A program made the translations under genes and the position numbers. A stretch of 64,000 nucleotides of DNA from an uncultured Lachnospiraceae bacterium (lineage in GTDB: Bacteria > Bacillota > Clostridia > Lachnospirales > Lachnospiraceae). Numbering within the stretch: position 1 is the stretch's first letter; the number at the start of each line of letters is the position of its first letter. The stretch is taken from positions 66,912-130,911 of the forward strand of contig CASYOT010000002.1 in the NCBI GenBank assembly GCA_949484645.1, written 5' to 3'. Positions 8,880 through 19,123 of this stretch are shown piece by piece. The notes beneath the pieces were generated by a model that did not search any database, had not been told where the DNA came from, and was given only the letters and a program-made list of their open reading frames with translations.

Positions 8880-10092
8880 AGACAGTTGTATTTCGTCCAT
8901 TGACGATTGCGTGTTCATTTTCTTCCATAGGAATAACGATACATTTTCTTCCATTAATGATTTGGGATTGGATTTGCTGTTCTTTTTCCGGTTTTACACG
9001 CAGGATTACGTCGTATGTTTTTGTGTTTCCAAGCTGTTCTTCTAGGGCGGCAACCTTTTTTACTAAGTCTTTCTGCTGGCGGAGTTTGGAGCCGGCAAGG
9101 GCGGCTTTGCTGTCCATTAGGTTTTCTAAAAGGGGCGTTTCGTCTTGAAATTCTTCACGGTAAGAAGAAGCGATGACTTCTGCGGCTGTCTTTGGCATAT
9201 CGGATTCTTCCATTAGTTTTCCAATGTCATCTGCGCTTAAGCGCGCCGGATCTTTTTGCGTTGCGTCTTCGTCTGGCTCTTGCCCTGCGGCAAAGTCTGA
9301 GAGTTCCTGCTGGATTTCATTAAAGGCTTCCGTGGATTTTTCCTCATCTCCGCCAAAGGCTTTCTGGACAATCGACTGAAACGCTTGTTTTTGTTCGGCG
9401 GCAGTGCGTCTTGCAACACAGCCTAAAGCGCCTTCCATGAATTCTGTATGCGGTTCTTTCGGGTTTTTATGATAGGTCATTACTGCATGGATATCTGAAC
9501 TTCTGTCGGTAAATGCCGGAAATAGAAAGCCGCTTTCCGGCGCGCCAACAACCCAGTCGCGGACTCTTGCGCCAATGCGGTTTTCGTCCGAGCGGTACCC
9601 AAGCGCAGGCTTGCTTAAGCTGACCGGGCAAATGGCGCAGAGCAGATATTCATAGACTTCTTCGGATTCGTCCAGACTGTTTTTGTCTTTTGTCTTTATG
9701 ATGACGTCATATGCATCATGAAAAATCAAAATAAGGTAATTTCCGGTATATTCGTAATTGTCAATGATTAAATCGTAGAACCGCTCTAAGAGATCCGGAT
9801 TTTTCAGCGCGCTGCTTTTTAATGCGGAGAGAAAATGCTGCCGTCCCCCGACGGCTTCTTCTTCCAGTGGAAATTCCAGTTCTAAAAGCTGGTTTCCAAT
9901 TACGCCGGAGAGGGCTTTTCTTGCAATTTCCAAATATTTGTAAAATTCTTCTTCGTCTAAATTGAGAAAAGTTTCTTCCAGCTTTACAATTCGGTTTCGT
10001 TCTCCGTCAACGTAACAGCCACACATGCGTGTAAAGGTGCAGGCGTCTTTTTTCAGACGGCGTTTAAGTTCTAATACTTCTGATTTATTCAT
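8878..10092 (-). CDS. Conserved hypothetical protein (DUF4317-like, acidic C-terminal half)
   Basis: 404 aa. GGAGGT Shine-Dalgarno sequence 7 nt before the ATG at 10092 (MNKSEV...). No recognisable catalytic motif. Confidence 0.5.
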   Translation of the reverse strand: MNKSEVLELKRRLKKDACTFTRMCGCYVDGERNRIVKLEETFLNLDEEEFYKYLEIARKALSGVIGNQLLELEFPLEEEAVGGRQHFLSALKSSALKNPDLLERFYDLIIDNYEYTGNYLILIFHDAYDVIIKTKDKNSLDESEEVYEYLLCAICPVSLSKPALGYRSDENRIGARVRDWVVGAPESGFLFPAFTDRSSDIHAVMTYHKNPKEPHTEFMEGALGCVARRTAAEQKQAFQSIVQKAFGGDEEKSTEAFNEIQQELSDFAAGQEPDEDATQKDPARLSADDIGKLMEESDMPKTAAEVIASSYREEFQDETPLLENLMDSKAALAGSKLRQQKDLVKKVAALEEQLGNTKTYDVILRVKPEKEQQIQSQIINGRKCIVIPMEENEHAIVNGRNTTV

Positions 10093-10097
10093 AAGAT

Positions 10098-10766
10098 TTA
10101 CCTCCAAGCCGATTTATTTTTATTGCGTATGATTTTATTAATATCTTCCTGTCTGCCAATGACAATCAGGTTTTCCCCGTTTTGGAAGACATAATCTGCG
10201 TTCGGCATGATTTTTGTCTGGTCGTCGACTTTTACCCCGATAATGCTTAAGTGGTATTTTGTGCGGAAATTTACTTCAAGAATCGTTTTGCCGATCCATT
10301 CTTTTAGCGGAGAAATTTCACATATGGAATATCCGTCCGTCAGGTTAAAATAATCCAGAATACTGTCTGAGCTTAACTGGACGGCAAGTTTTTCTGCGAT
10401 GTCCCGATCCGGAAAGATCACTTTGTCCGCTCCGTTACGCAACAGGAATTTGGCGTACAAGTCCCGGTTTGCTTTGCTGACCACCCGTTTGGCTCCTAAG
10501 TCTTTTAATTGGCTTGTGATTTCAAGGCTGTCTTGAAAAGAATCCCCGATACATACGACGCAGATGTCGAAATTCGAAACGCCAAGGCTTTCAAGCACTT
10601 TTGCATTTGCGCAGTCGCCTATTTTTGCGCTTGTGACATAAGGAAGCAGGTCTTCTAACTGTTCTTCGCATTTATCTACAATCATAATCTCATTATTTAA
10701 TTTTGATAAATTCATACATAAATGAGAGCCGAAATGGCCTGTCCCGATAATTAATATGGATTTCAT
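10098..10766 (-). CDS. ktrA: K+ uptake system regulatory subunit KtrA/TrkA (TrkA-N + TrkA-C)
   Basis: MKSILIIGTGHFGSHL Rossmann NAD-binding motif. Length 222 aa. Immediately downstream of the TrkH-family gene. Confidence 0.85.
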   Translation of the reverse strand: MKSILIIGTGHFGSHLCMNLSKLNNEIMIVDKCEEQLEDLLPYVTSAKIGDCANAKVLESLGVSNFDICVVCIGDSFQDSLEITSQLKDLGAKRVVSKANRDLYAKFLLRNGADKVIFPDRDIAEKLAVQLSSDSILDYFNLTDGYSICEISPLKEWIGKTILEVNFRTKYHLSIIGVKVDDQTKIMPNADYVFQNGENLIVIGRQEDINKIIRNKNKSAWR

Positions 10767-10794
10767 AATGGTTCCTCCTGAAACTAAAATTTGG

Positions 10795-12138
10795 TCAGCC
10801 GACGTTTATTTTTTCAGCGGGCTGCATAATATGCGCGATTTTCTTTTTGTCTGTAAAGGACATGGCAAAAGATAAGCTTCCGACACGGCCTAAATACATC
10901 AGCAAGATAAGGATTAGCAGGGCGGGCGTTTGAAGCTGTGTCGTCAGTCCGGCGGACATGCCGACTGTCCCGATTGCAGAAAACACTTCCAGCAAAACGT
11001 CTATGCCGTTTAAGTTTTGCAGCGCGCAGATAGCAATCGCGGATAGTGTGGCAAGCGTTAAGTTTGTACAAAAAATAGCGGAAGATTTTCGGAGCGCATC
11101 GTCTTCAATGCGTCTGCCAAATACATTATAGCCGACGGAACGCGTCAGGTTTGCTTTGATGTAGATAAAAAGCGCGACAACGGAAGTGACTTTAACCCCG
11201 CCTGCCGTAGATCCGGAGCCTCCGCCGATAAACATTAGGACAATCGTAAGCAGTTTTCCGGCTTGCGTCATGTCGCTTACTTCAATCGAGTTAAATCCCG
11301 CAGTCCTTGGCGTTACGGCGCAGAACATGGAATTTAACAGTTTTTCCGTCTGTGTCATGTTGGCAAACAGATTGTTGCGTTCCATAAAATAAAAAGCGGC
11401 TGCGCCGCAAAAAAGCAGCGCCGCAGTAGCGGTAAGGACAATTTTAGTATGCAGGGAGTAATGGCGGAACTTTAGCCTGTGTTCATATAAATCGTTCCAG
11501 ACATAGAAACCTATGCCGCCAATTATGATTAAGAGCATAATTGTAATCATTACGACTGGATTGCTGTGATAGCCAGTCAGGGACGAGAAGGGGGAATATT
11601 TTCCCATTAAGTCAAACCCTGCGTTGCAAAATGCGGAAACGGAGTGGAAAATACCATAGTAAATTCCGGCCGCGACTCCGGTTTTTGGAATAAAACACAA
11701 AGAAAGTATGACAGCTCCGGTTAGTTCAAACAGGAGCGTTCCTATAAGGATGCGTTTCGTCAGACGCACTAAGCCCCTTAGTTCAATGACATTAAAACTT
11801 TCCCGTAACAGACCCCGTTCGCTAAGGCCGATTTTCTTTCGGAGAATCATAGAGACGGAGATGCCAAGAGTGATAAATCCAAGACCGCCGATCTGGATTA
11901 AGAATAAAAGCACAACCTGCCCAAATATCGTCCAGTGCGTAAAGGTGTCTGCGACAATCAGGCCGGTTACGCATGTGGCGCTGGCAGATGTGAATAACGC
12001 TGTTAAAAAGGAGGTGTGTTCTCCGGATTTTGTTGCGAACGGAAGCATTAAAAGGAAGGCGCCTATAAAAATGATAATGCAAAAGCCGCCTGCGATAAGC
12101 TGCATTCCTGACAGCCGTTTGGCTATTTTTGATAACAT
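10795..12138 (-). CDS. ktrB: K+ transporter membrane subunit KtrB/TrkH family
   Basis: 447 aa polytopic membrane protein with repeated selectivity-filter-like GxG motifs (IGGLGF, MSAGLT, TAGF, IGGGSGSTAGG). Confidence 0.85.
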   Translation of the reverse strand: MLSKIAKRLSGMQLIAGGFCIIIFIGAFLLMLPFATKSGEHTSFLTALFTSASATCVTGLIVADTFTHWTIFGQVVLLFLIQIGGLGFITLGISVSMILRKKIGLSERGLLRESFNVIELRGLVRLTKRILIGTLLFELTGAVILSLCFIPKTGVAAGIYYGIFHSVSAFCNAGFDLMGKYSPFSSLTGYHSNPVVMITIMLLIIIGGIGFYVWNDLYEHRLKFRHYSLHTKIVLTATAALLFCGAAAFYFMERNNLFANMTQTEKLLNSMFCAVTPRTAGFNSIEVSDMTQAGKLLTIVLMFIGGGSGSTAGGVKVTSVVALFIYIKANLTRSVGYNVFGRRIEDDALRKSSAIFCTNLTLATLSAIAICALQNLNGIDVLLEVFSAIGTVGMSAGLTTQLQTPALLILILLMYLGRVGSLSFAMSFTDKKKIAHIMQPAEKINVG

Positions 12139-12236
12139 GATATTTTTTCCTTTCTGAAAGGCTTCCCCTTATTTTAGGAATAGTTTTTGCATCTGTCAAG
12201 ACGGATGCCGTTTAAAGTTTCATTTGGCAGAGGATT

Positions 12237-12983
12237 TTACTGTTTATGGGATTGATTGTGCTTTTTATCGTGGTGGTGGCAGCGGGTTTCTTTGGAAGGA
12301 GCGTTTTCGCCGTCCGTGGTTTCGTTCTGCTCATGCTCGCAGGTAAGCTCATGGATTGTGGAAATATCCATATGTTTACAGTCTTCAGGCGTGACGCCGC
12401 TGTCATATTGGCTTAATTGGAGGTATGCGTAATACTTGCCGAAAGAAAGTCCGTAACTGTGCGCGTCCTCTACGATTTCTATATCAGCGCGGATATGCTG
12501 GCATTCATGGCTTAGGTGGTTCGAACAGGCTTTCATTCTCCGGTTTAAGCCCCGTTGCGTTTTTTCCTCAGCAACCGTTAAAACAAGCTCCGCTTCATCA
12601 GATAAAAAGGTTTGCATCGTTTCATTTTCAATAATTTCATGGACAGCCGTTGTGTCGCGTTTTCCTTTTAAGGAAAGAGTTTCTAATATTTTTCTGCCTT
12701 CCGCATTGAATGCCGTTGCAGAAACGACGCGGCCAAAGCGGTTTAAGGAAAGTTCTATAGAGGGATTGACGTCAATGCTGATATATGAGACGGGCGTTTT
12801 TGTCCATGAATATCCTGTAATTCCGATGGCCAGAAGCAGCGCAGCGCAGGCGGTGGCAAATGTCTTTTGGAAACGCATCCGCGGTTTTTTCTGATTGTTT
12901 TGTGTAATAAATTGCTTCGTTGATTCAATTAAATGTTCGTCTGCTTTTATGTGGTCAAATGCGTCGCGTATGTCATTCGCCAA
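12237..12983 (-). CDS. Membrane-anchored anti-sigma factor with a Cys/His-rich extracytoplasmic C-terminal tail
   Basis: The gene overlaps the upstream ECF sigma gene. It has a cytoplasmic N-terminus, one transmembrane segment (TFATACAALLLAIGITGYSW) and an extracytoplasmic domain. The tail contains CSNHLSHECQH...CKHMD...HELTCEHEQ...RCHHHDKKHNQSHKQ. Confidence 0.65.
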   Translation of the reverse strand: MANDIRDAFDHIKADEHLIESTKQFITQNNQKKPRMRFQKTFATACAALLLAIGITGYSWTKTPVSYISIDVNPSIELSLNRFGRVVSATAFNAEGRKILETLSLKGKRDTTAVHEIIENETMQTFLSDEAELVLTVAEEKTQRGLNRRMKACSNHLSHECQHIRADIEIVEDAHSYGLSFGKYYAYLQLSQYDSGVTPEDCKHMDISTIHELTCEHEQNETTDGENAPSKETRCHHHDKKHNQSHKQ

Positions 12984-13500
12984 TTCCTTCCCCTCCCGTC
13001 TTTTTTTGATAATATTTTGCCGCTGAAGGGCAGTCTTTTAAATAGTCTTTTAACAGCCGCCGCCCTCTTGATAATAAGGAATAAACCGTATTTTCTTTTT
13101 TTCCAAGAATGGCTCCGATTTCAGCGGCAGAATATCCTTCATAATAATGCAGGTAGATCGGATTTTTGTATTTTTCCGGCAAAGAAAGCACCGCTTCTAA
13201 TACGTCCCTAAAATCTTCCGGAATCTCGGCTTCCAGTTCCGTTATCGTTTCCAAAGGAAGGGTATTCCGGCGGAAAAAGTTTCTCAAGTCGTCTTTGCAG
13301 GCGTTAATGGTAACACGCAGAAGCCATGCTTTTTCATGTTCACTGTCACGAAAAGGCGCATCACACATCATATATTTCATAAATACTTTTTGGAACACAT
13401 CTTCCGTGTCTTCACGGTTTTTCAGATAATAAAAGCAGATACGCCGCACCATGTCCGCATAGGTTTCCACTGCGCGGCATACCTCCTGTTCGCTTCGCAT
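12973..13500 (-). CDS. ECF-type RNA polymerase sigma factor (sigma-70 family regions 2 and 4)
   Basis: 175 aa. Region 2 residues (DTEDVFQKVFMKYMM) and region 4 HTH (SAAEIGAILGKKENTVYSLLSRGRRLLK). GGAAGGTGGGG Shine-Dalgarno sequence before the ATG at 13500. Confidence 0.85.
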   Translation of the reverse strand: MRSEQEVCRAVETYADMVRRICFYYLKNREDTEDVFQKVFMKYMMCDAPFRDSEHEKAWLLRVTINACKDDLRNFFRRNTLPLETITELEAEIPEDFRDVLEAVLSLPEKYKNPIYLHYYEGYSAAEIGAILGKKENTVYSLLSRGRRLLKDYLKDCPSAAKYYQKKTGGEGIGE

Positions 13501-13648
13501 CGTAATCCCCACCTTCCCGCAAACGGTAAAAAAAGAAACCCTCTCTTGCCATAGTATACCTTTTTACAGTAAATCACAACAAAAAAGGCAATGATGGAAA
13601 AATTTAATTCCATACACCGCCTTTTACGCTAAAATAGCTGTCTGAAAC

Positions 13649-14011
13649 TTAATGATGTTTAGAAGTATGATGTTTTTTCCCATTTGCATGGGTGGTGTGA
13701 TGTTTTGTACAGTATTTTTTGCAGTTTGTTTTCTTTTTGTGGTATTTATCGTGGTATTCGCAGTATGCGCCTTTCTTTTTGGTCGGTCCATAGTATTTAC
13801 AGATTGCGCCCTGTTTATGGTTTTTCTCATGGTAAGCGCAGTAAGTCCCCTGCTGGCTGTTGTTAGACGTGTTAGAATAGCAGCCGGAATTGTTGTGGTG
13901 ATTTCCGCCCGAATGGCCATGCGCCCAAACAGGCGCTGCAAAACTGCCTGAGAGCAAAACTGACGCGAATAAAACGAGAACTGCTTTTTTTAGGTTCCGA
14001 AAAGATTTCAT
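13649..14011 (-). CDS. Secreted His/Cys/Lys-rich low-complexity repeat protein (putative metal-binding)
   Basis: Signal peptide MKSFRNLKKAVLVLFASVLLSGSFAAPVWA. Mature part has repeats of the form G-x-YC-x-YH-x-K-x-HKxx (TYCAYHEKNHKQG / AICKYYGPTKKKG / AYCEYHDKYHKKK / TNCKKYCTKHH) and ends HHTSKHH. AAGGAGGAG Shine-Dalgarno sequence. Confidence 0.6.
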   Translation of the reverse strand: MKSFRNLKKAVLVLFASVLLSGSFAAPVWAHGHSGGNHHNNSGCYSNTSNNSQQGTYCAYHEKNHKQGAICKYYGPTKKKGAYCEYHDKYHKKKTNCKKYCTKHHTTHANGKKHHTSKHH

Positions 14012-14197
14012 TTGTCTCCTCCTTTTGATTTTGTTGCTGTTTTTTTCCTCTACATAAGTAATACGATTGAAATAGAAAAATCCTTGCAAAAAAAAAACCA
14101 ATCGCTATTAAAATTTTGGAATCTGCGCTATACTGAATAAAAGAACTCTCCTTTTCAAATACTGATAGAAAAAAACAGACCAGAGGGAAAGGGGATT

Positions 14198-14968
14198 TTG
14201 GAGATGGAAAAAAAACGCGCGCTTTTCTTTGTGCCGGCAATGATATTAGCCGCAGCGGCCGGATGTGGGACAAAGACGCCGGATAATGCCGGTGTAGATA
14301 CAAACCGTCCGCAGAATACGCAGGCGGTTCATGGGACGGAGACGGAAATTGCAGTAGATACGGAACATACAAGCCAGCTTCAGTTAGGCAATGCAGTCGA
14401 GATACCGGAAGGATTTGAAGGGCGGATTGCGGAAGAAGAAGCGCATCGGGAATTAGAGCAGGCGATCGCCAAATATTGCGGCATAAGGGAAGAAGATTTT
14501 GAAAAGACGCGTTATTATTATAATTATGTTGACTTAAATGAAGATGGGCAAAATGAAATACTTGCTTTTGTGTTCGGGCAGGACGTCCCGCAGATACAGG
14601 GAAATGTTTTGTTATGGCTAAATGTGGAACGGGGAAGCCTATCAAAAGATTCTGTGCGCCAGTCGTTTGAACAGGTTGGAACTCCGGTGTATATCAGCAG
14701 CCAGAAGACAGAGGGCTACAGGAATTTAATTTTAACGGAAAATACGCAGACAGTGTCTGTATTAAAAGAACAGGGGACAGAGCCGGTTTCCATCGGACAG
14801 AGCTATCGGGAGCTTACTTATACCGGAGAGAAGTATCAGGAGTTGGAAGAAGGGGCCACATTAGACGATATCCGTGATAAAAAAGGGACGGCGATATTCA
14901 CAAATCCTATAGAAAGCGGTTTGGCAAATGAAAATTGCCATATTTTGGGAGAAGCTATTCGAAAATAA
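14198..14968 (+). CDS. Lipoprotein, function unknown
   Basis: Lipobox LAAAAGC after a hydrophobic N-terminus. Length 256 aa. Confidence 0.6.
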   Translation: MEMEKKRALFFVPAMILAAAAGCGTKTPDNAGVDTNRPQNTQAVHGTETEIAVDTEHTSQLQLGNAVEIPEGFEGRIAEEEAHRELEQAIAKYCGIREEDFEKTRYYYNYVDLNEDGQNEILAFVFGQDVPQIQGNVLLWLNVERGSLSKDSVRQSFEQVGTPVYISSQKTEGYRNLILTENTQTVSVLKEQGTEPVSIGQSYRELTYTGEKYQELEEGATLDDIRDKKGTAIFTNPIESGLANENCHILGEAIRK

Positions 14969-14987
14969 GAAAAAAGGGGGACTTATT

Positions 14988-16478
14988 ATGTTGAGACAGT
15001 ATGAGACACGCAGGTATCAAATGCCGCAAGAGGAGATTAAGGCGTTAGTCAGGGAGAAACGGGCGGAGCTTGTCCGCCAGCAGCTTTTAATTAAAGAGCA
15101 GGCGCTTCCGGTTTTTGTGTTAGTGGAAGGCTGGGGAGCTTCCGGCAAAGGCACCTTAATTGGCAATTTAATCGAAGATTTAGATCCGAGGTTTTTCCAT
15201 GTGAAAAAAATGAATGCGCCGACTGAGGAAGCGCAGCGCCGTCCGTTTTTATGGCGGTACATGGAAGTTATGCCGGCGGCAGGGCAGTTTCTGTTTCTAA
15301 ATTCCGGCTGGTTAAGTGAGACGGCGGACGCAATGGCGGACAGCAAGATAGACGACGTTTCTTTAGAGCAGAGGTTAAGGCAAATCCGTATTTTTGAGCG
15401 TCAGTTAAAAGACAACGGTTATCTTGTTGTAAAATTGTTTTTACAGATTCCGCCGGAGGAACAAAAACAGCGGATAGAGAAATTGCTGGGGGATAAGGAT
15501 ACAAAATGGCGGGTGTCTGAAAAAGATCTTCTTCAAGTAAAGAAGCGGGAAAAGTACGAGAAGCTCTACGACAGGCTGTTAGAAGCGACGAATACCGGAT
15601 ATGCGCCGTGGAACATTGTCGATGCCACAGACAAAAAGCAGGCTCTGCTTCAGGCGCTTCATATTTTAACGATTCAAATTAATCAGGCGGAAGTAAACAG
15701 AAAGGCGCTTCCGGAAATCTTGTACAAAGACTATCCGCTGCTTAAAATGCCAAAGCTTTCCGAAGTTCCGTTGAACCAGAGTTTGTCGAGGGAAGAATAT
15801 GAGGTCCAGTTAAAGGAACTGCAAAAGAAGCTGAAGAAGCTTCATAATAAGATTTACCGCAAAAAGATCCCTGTGATCATTGCTTACGAAGGCTGGGACG
15901 CCGCTGGAAAAGGCGGGAATATTAAGCGGCTGGCAAGCGCGCTCGACCCAAGGGGGTTTGAAGTTTATCCAATCGCATCTCCGGAACCGCATGAAAAATC
16001 ACGTCACTACCTCTGGCGGTTTTACCACAGGCTCCCTAAAAGCGGGCATATTGCAATTTTTGACCGCACATGGTACGGCAGGGTGATGGTAGAGCGGATT
16101 GAAGGGTTTTGTTCGGAAAATGATTGGAAACGGGCGTATAATGAAATCAATGAATTTGAAAAAGAATTGACGGACTGGGGTGCGGCAGTCATTAAATTCT
16201 GGGTGCATATAGATAAAGAAACACAGCTTGCCCGTTTTACTGAACGGCAGAATACGCCGGAAAAGCAGTGGAAAATCACAGACGAGGACTGGCGGAACCG
16301 TGAGAAATGGGACGTATATGAAACAGCCATTGATGAAATGATTGAGAAAACTTCAACGGAAAATGCGCCATGGTTTATTATTCAGTCAAATAATAAATAT
16401 TATGCAAGGCTTCAGGCAATTCAGATTGTAATTGATGAAATTGAGAAGCGGCTGGCTTTGCCGCCGCGTAAAAAATAA
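14988..16478 (+). CDS. Two-domain polyphosphate kinase 2 family protein (polyphosphate:AMP/nucleotide phosphotransferase-like)
   Basis: Two PPK2 domains, each with a Walker A loop (EGWGASGKGT and EGWDAAGKGG). AAGGGGGA Shine-Dalgarno sequence before the ATG at 14988. Confidence 0.8.
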   Translation: MLRQYETRRYQMPQEEIKALVREKRAELVRQQLLIKEQALPVFVLVEGWGASGKGTLIGNLIEDLDPRFFHVKKMNAPTEEAQRRPFLWRYMEVMPAAGQFLFLNSGWLSETADAMADSKIDDVSLEQRLRQIRIFERQLKDNGYLVVKLFLQIPPEEQKQRIEKLLGDKDTKWRVSEKDLLQVKKREKYEKLYDRLLEATNTGYAPWNIVDATDKKQALLQALHILTIQINQAEVNRKALPEILYKDYPLLKMPKLSEVPLNQSLSREEYEVQLKELQKKLKKLHNKIYRKKIPVIIAYEGWDAAGKGGNIKRLASALDPRGFEVYPIASPEPHEKSRHYLWRFYHRLPKSGHIAIFDRTWYGRVMVERIEGFCSENDWKRAYNEINEFEKELTDWGAAVIKFWVHIDKETQLARFTERQNTPEKQWKITDEDWRNREKWDVYETAIDEMIEKTSTENAPWFIIQSNNKYYARLQAIQIVIDEIEKRLALPPRKK

Positions 16479-16976
16479 CGGCAATTCAGAAAGAGTTAGA
16501 AAAGCCGCGGCGGGGATTCAAGCGGCGTAAGTAATGATAAGTTGAAAAAAAGGACGCATTGAGTATGATTGACTTGAAAGATAAGAACGCCTGTCCTGTT
16601 TTAGAGGAAATAGGGCAATATGTCAATAATCCTGTTTTTATGCAGTTTTGTTCAGAAATAAAAACTACATATAAATGTAAGGGTCTGATAGAATTTAGTT
16701 CCTGCAGTTGGGAAAAGGCTGGAATGTTAAGTTCAAGAAAGCGGGAGGATTTATGAACAAACCAAAGAGGGGAATGGGCAAAAGTGGCTGATGGCTGATT
16801 TAGAAGATAAAGAAAGTTTATATCAAGATATTCTTCGTTTAATCCAAATTCGGCGGAATAGCTGAACAGGGGGAGCCTGTTTTAAAGTTTAAAAAATGAT
16901 TTTCAAAAAATTCTGGAAATTTGCTTCAAGTATAGTATAATAGGAGATGGTAAGGAGAAGAAAGCGAGGTACTAAT

Positions 16977-19013
16977 ATGAAGAAGAAAAACCAAATGGAA
17001 CGCCAGAAACTTACAAAAAAGAAAAAACAGCAGTCTTCAGAAAAGACGACGATCCAAAGGGAAATCAAACTGCATATCGTCCGTCTGAGCGCCATATCAC
17101 TGGCGGTTATGGGTTTGTTGTCCGGTATATTGAATTACATATCGACTATGAGTACCCTGCAGAAAACGTTAGTGGAAGAAGCGGAGACTTCAGCGGAAGT
17201 TGTGGAGCATACGCTCCGCGCTGAAATTAATCTTGTGGAAATTATTGGGACGATTGCCCGCCTGAGCAATGAAGAAATTCCGGCAGAACAGCGCCAGACG
17301 CTTTTAGAAGGCTACCGCAATCATTATAATTGGCAGTCGATTATGATTACAGATGAAAAAGGAGTTGACAGGTTAGGATCCGGAAAGGATATTTCGGGGG
17401 AGGCCTATTTTAAAGATGGAATGGAAGCGAAATCGGTAATCTCTGATCCGTTTTGTGATTCCGTTACAGGCCAAATGCTGTTAGCGGTTACAGTTCCCCT
17501 TTGGGAAAACGGTGTGCAAAACACAGCTACAGTCGGGGTGGTGACAGTTACATTTGATGCATCGAAGTTATCGGATATTGTGTCAGAGATTAACGTCAGC
17601 AAGAATGGAAACGCATTTGTCATTGATGCGCAAGGAAGGTTTATTGGGCATCCAGATCATACGTTGGTGACGTCGGAGACGAATTACATAAAAGACAGCA
17701 GCCATTCCGCAGGAAAAAGCCTTGCAAAAATAGAATCCAAGATGATTACGGGAGAAAAAGGATTTGGAAAGTATCGGGAAGGAATTGACACAAAAATTGT
17801 AGCGTATGCCCCGATTGAGTTAAATGGCTGGAGTTTAGCGGTTTATGCGCCTTTTATGGATTTTATGAGCTTATCCGTTTTAAGCGTGGCGCTTATTATA
17901 ATTGTGCTTATTGTTTCCGTTTATGTGGGCGCGAGAATTGCGAAACGGGTTGGCTCGTCAATAGGCGAACCGATCAGCGAATGCGCGGAAAGGCTGAAGC
18001 TTTTGGCAGAGGGAGACTTGGACGCTCCGATTCCGGTCATACATACGGACGACGAAACATTAATTTTGGCGGATTCGACGCGGACGATTGTAGAAGGCTT
18101 GCGTGACATTATCGGAGATGCGGCGTACGTGTTAAGAGAAATGGCGCAGGGGAACTTTGACGTTAAAACTGTCATTGGCGATGAAGCGTATGTGGGGGCA
18201 TTCCGCGAGCTGATTCTTTCTATGAGGACGTTAAACATAGATTTAAGCAATACGCTGAGAGAAATCAATGAAGCGTCATCTCAGGTTGACGCCGGAGCGT
18301 CCCAGATGGCGGACAGCGCGCAGAGCCTTGCAGTCGGGGCGACGGAGCAGGCAGGAGCGGAAGAATTGCTAGCCACTGTAACTGACGTGACAAATCATGT
18401 AGAAGAAAATGCAAGGGCTACTGATGAAGCGCATGAACAGGCAAAGGCCATGGCGTTAGTGGCAAAAGCAAGTCAGGATAAGATGCAGGAACTGACGGGG
18501 GCGATGAGAAAAATTGAAGATACTTCCAAGCAGATCGGCAATATTATAGAAAATATTGAAGACATTGCCTCACAGACTAACCTGCTTTCCTTAAATGCCG
18601 CGATTGAAGCGGCAAGAGCCGGAGAAGCGGGAAAAGGATTTGCAGTTGTAGCGGATCAGATCCGTAAACTTGCGGAGCAGAGCGCAGAATCTGCAGTGGA
18701 TACGAGAAAATTAATAGAAGCGTCGATTGCAGAAGTAGCGGTTGGCGGCAGGATAACAAAAGATACGGCAGATCATCTTGACAATGTGATGCAGGGATTA
18801 GATGAAATACTGCTTGTAATTAGCGACGTGCGGATGGCATCGGATAAACAGGCGGTCGCAATTAAAAACATTGAACAGGGAGTTGCTCAGATTACATCTG
18901 TCGTAGAGAACAATTCCGCGGCCGCAGAAGAATCTTCCGCAACCAGTGAAGAACTTTCGGCGCAGTCAGAAAGCTTAAATTCTCTGGTAAACCGTTTTCA
19001 ATTAAGAAAGTAA
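16977..19013 (+). CDS. Methyl-accepting chemotaxis protein (dCache-like sensor + HAMP + MCP signalling domain)
   Basis: Transmembrane segment, periplasmic sensor domain, second transmembrane segment, HAMP domain, and the highly conserved signalling motif [39 protein letters not shown]. Confidence 0.9.
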   Translation: MKKKNQMERQKLTKKKKQQSSEKTTIQREIKLHIVRLSAISLAVMGLLSGILNYISTMSTLQKTLVEEAETSAEVVEHTLRAEINLVEIIGTIARLSNEEIPAEQRQTLLEGYRNHYNWQSIMITDEKGVDRLGSGKDISGEAYFKDGMEAKSVISDPFCDSVTGQMLLAVTVPLWENGVQNTATVGVVTVTFDASKLSDIVSEINVSKNGNAFVIDAQGRFIGHPDHTLVTSETNYIKDSSHSAGKSLAKIESKMITGEKGFGKYREGIDTKIVAYAPIELNGWSLAVYAPFMDFMSLSVLSVALIIIVLIVSVYVGARIAKRVGSSIGEPISECAERLKLLAEGDLDAPIPVIHTDDETLILADSTRTIVEGLRDIIGDAAYVLREMAQGNFDVKTVIGDEAYVGAFRELILSMRTLNIDLSNTLREINEASSQVDAGASQMADSAQSLAVGATEQAGAEELLATVTDVTNHVEENARATDEAHEQAKAMALVAKASQDKMQELTGAMRKIEDTSKQIGNIIENIEDIASQTNLLSLNAAIEAARAGEAGKGFAVVADQIRKLAEQSAESAVDTRKLIEASIAEVAVGGRITKDTADHLDNVMQGLDEILLVISDVRMASDKQAVAIKNIEQGVAQITSVVENNSAAAEESSATSEELSAQSESLNSLVNRFQLRK

Positions 19014-19071
19014 GTTAGGCATTGCGTGACAAAAACGAAACAGTAGGCTGGTTTTTTCCGGTTTATGCTGG

Positions 19072-19108
19072 AAACCGCCCGTTATTGGCAGTAACGGGCG
19101 GTTTTATT
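19072..19108. terminator. Bidirectional intrinsic terminator between the convergent MCP and ABC permease genes
   Basis: Stem ccgcccgttat...taacgggcgg flanked by an A-run and a T-run. Confidence 0.75.
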
Positions 19109-19123
19109 TATGCGCTCTCTCTT

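Noticed and set aside
12139-12236. c-di-AMP (ydaO/kimA) riboswitch upstream of ktrAB
   Set aside because: Intergenic space is only ~100 nt, which is too short for the ~140-nt motif, and no characteristic pseudoknot motifs were seen.
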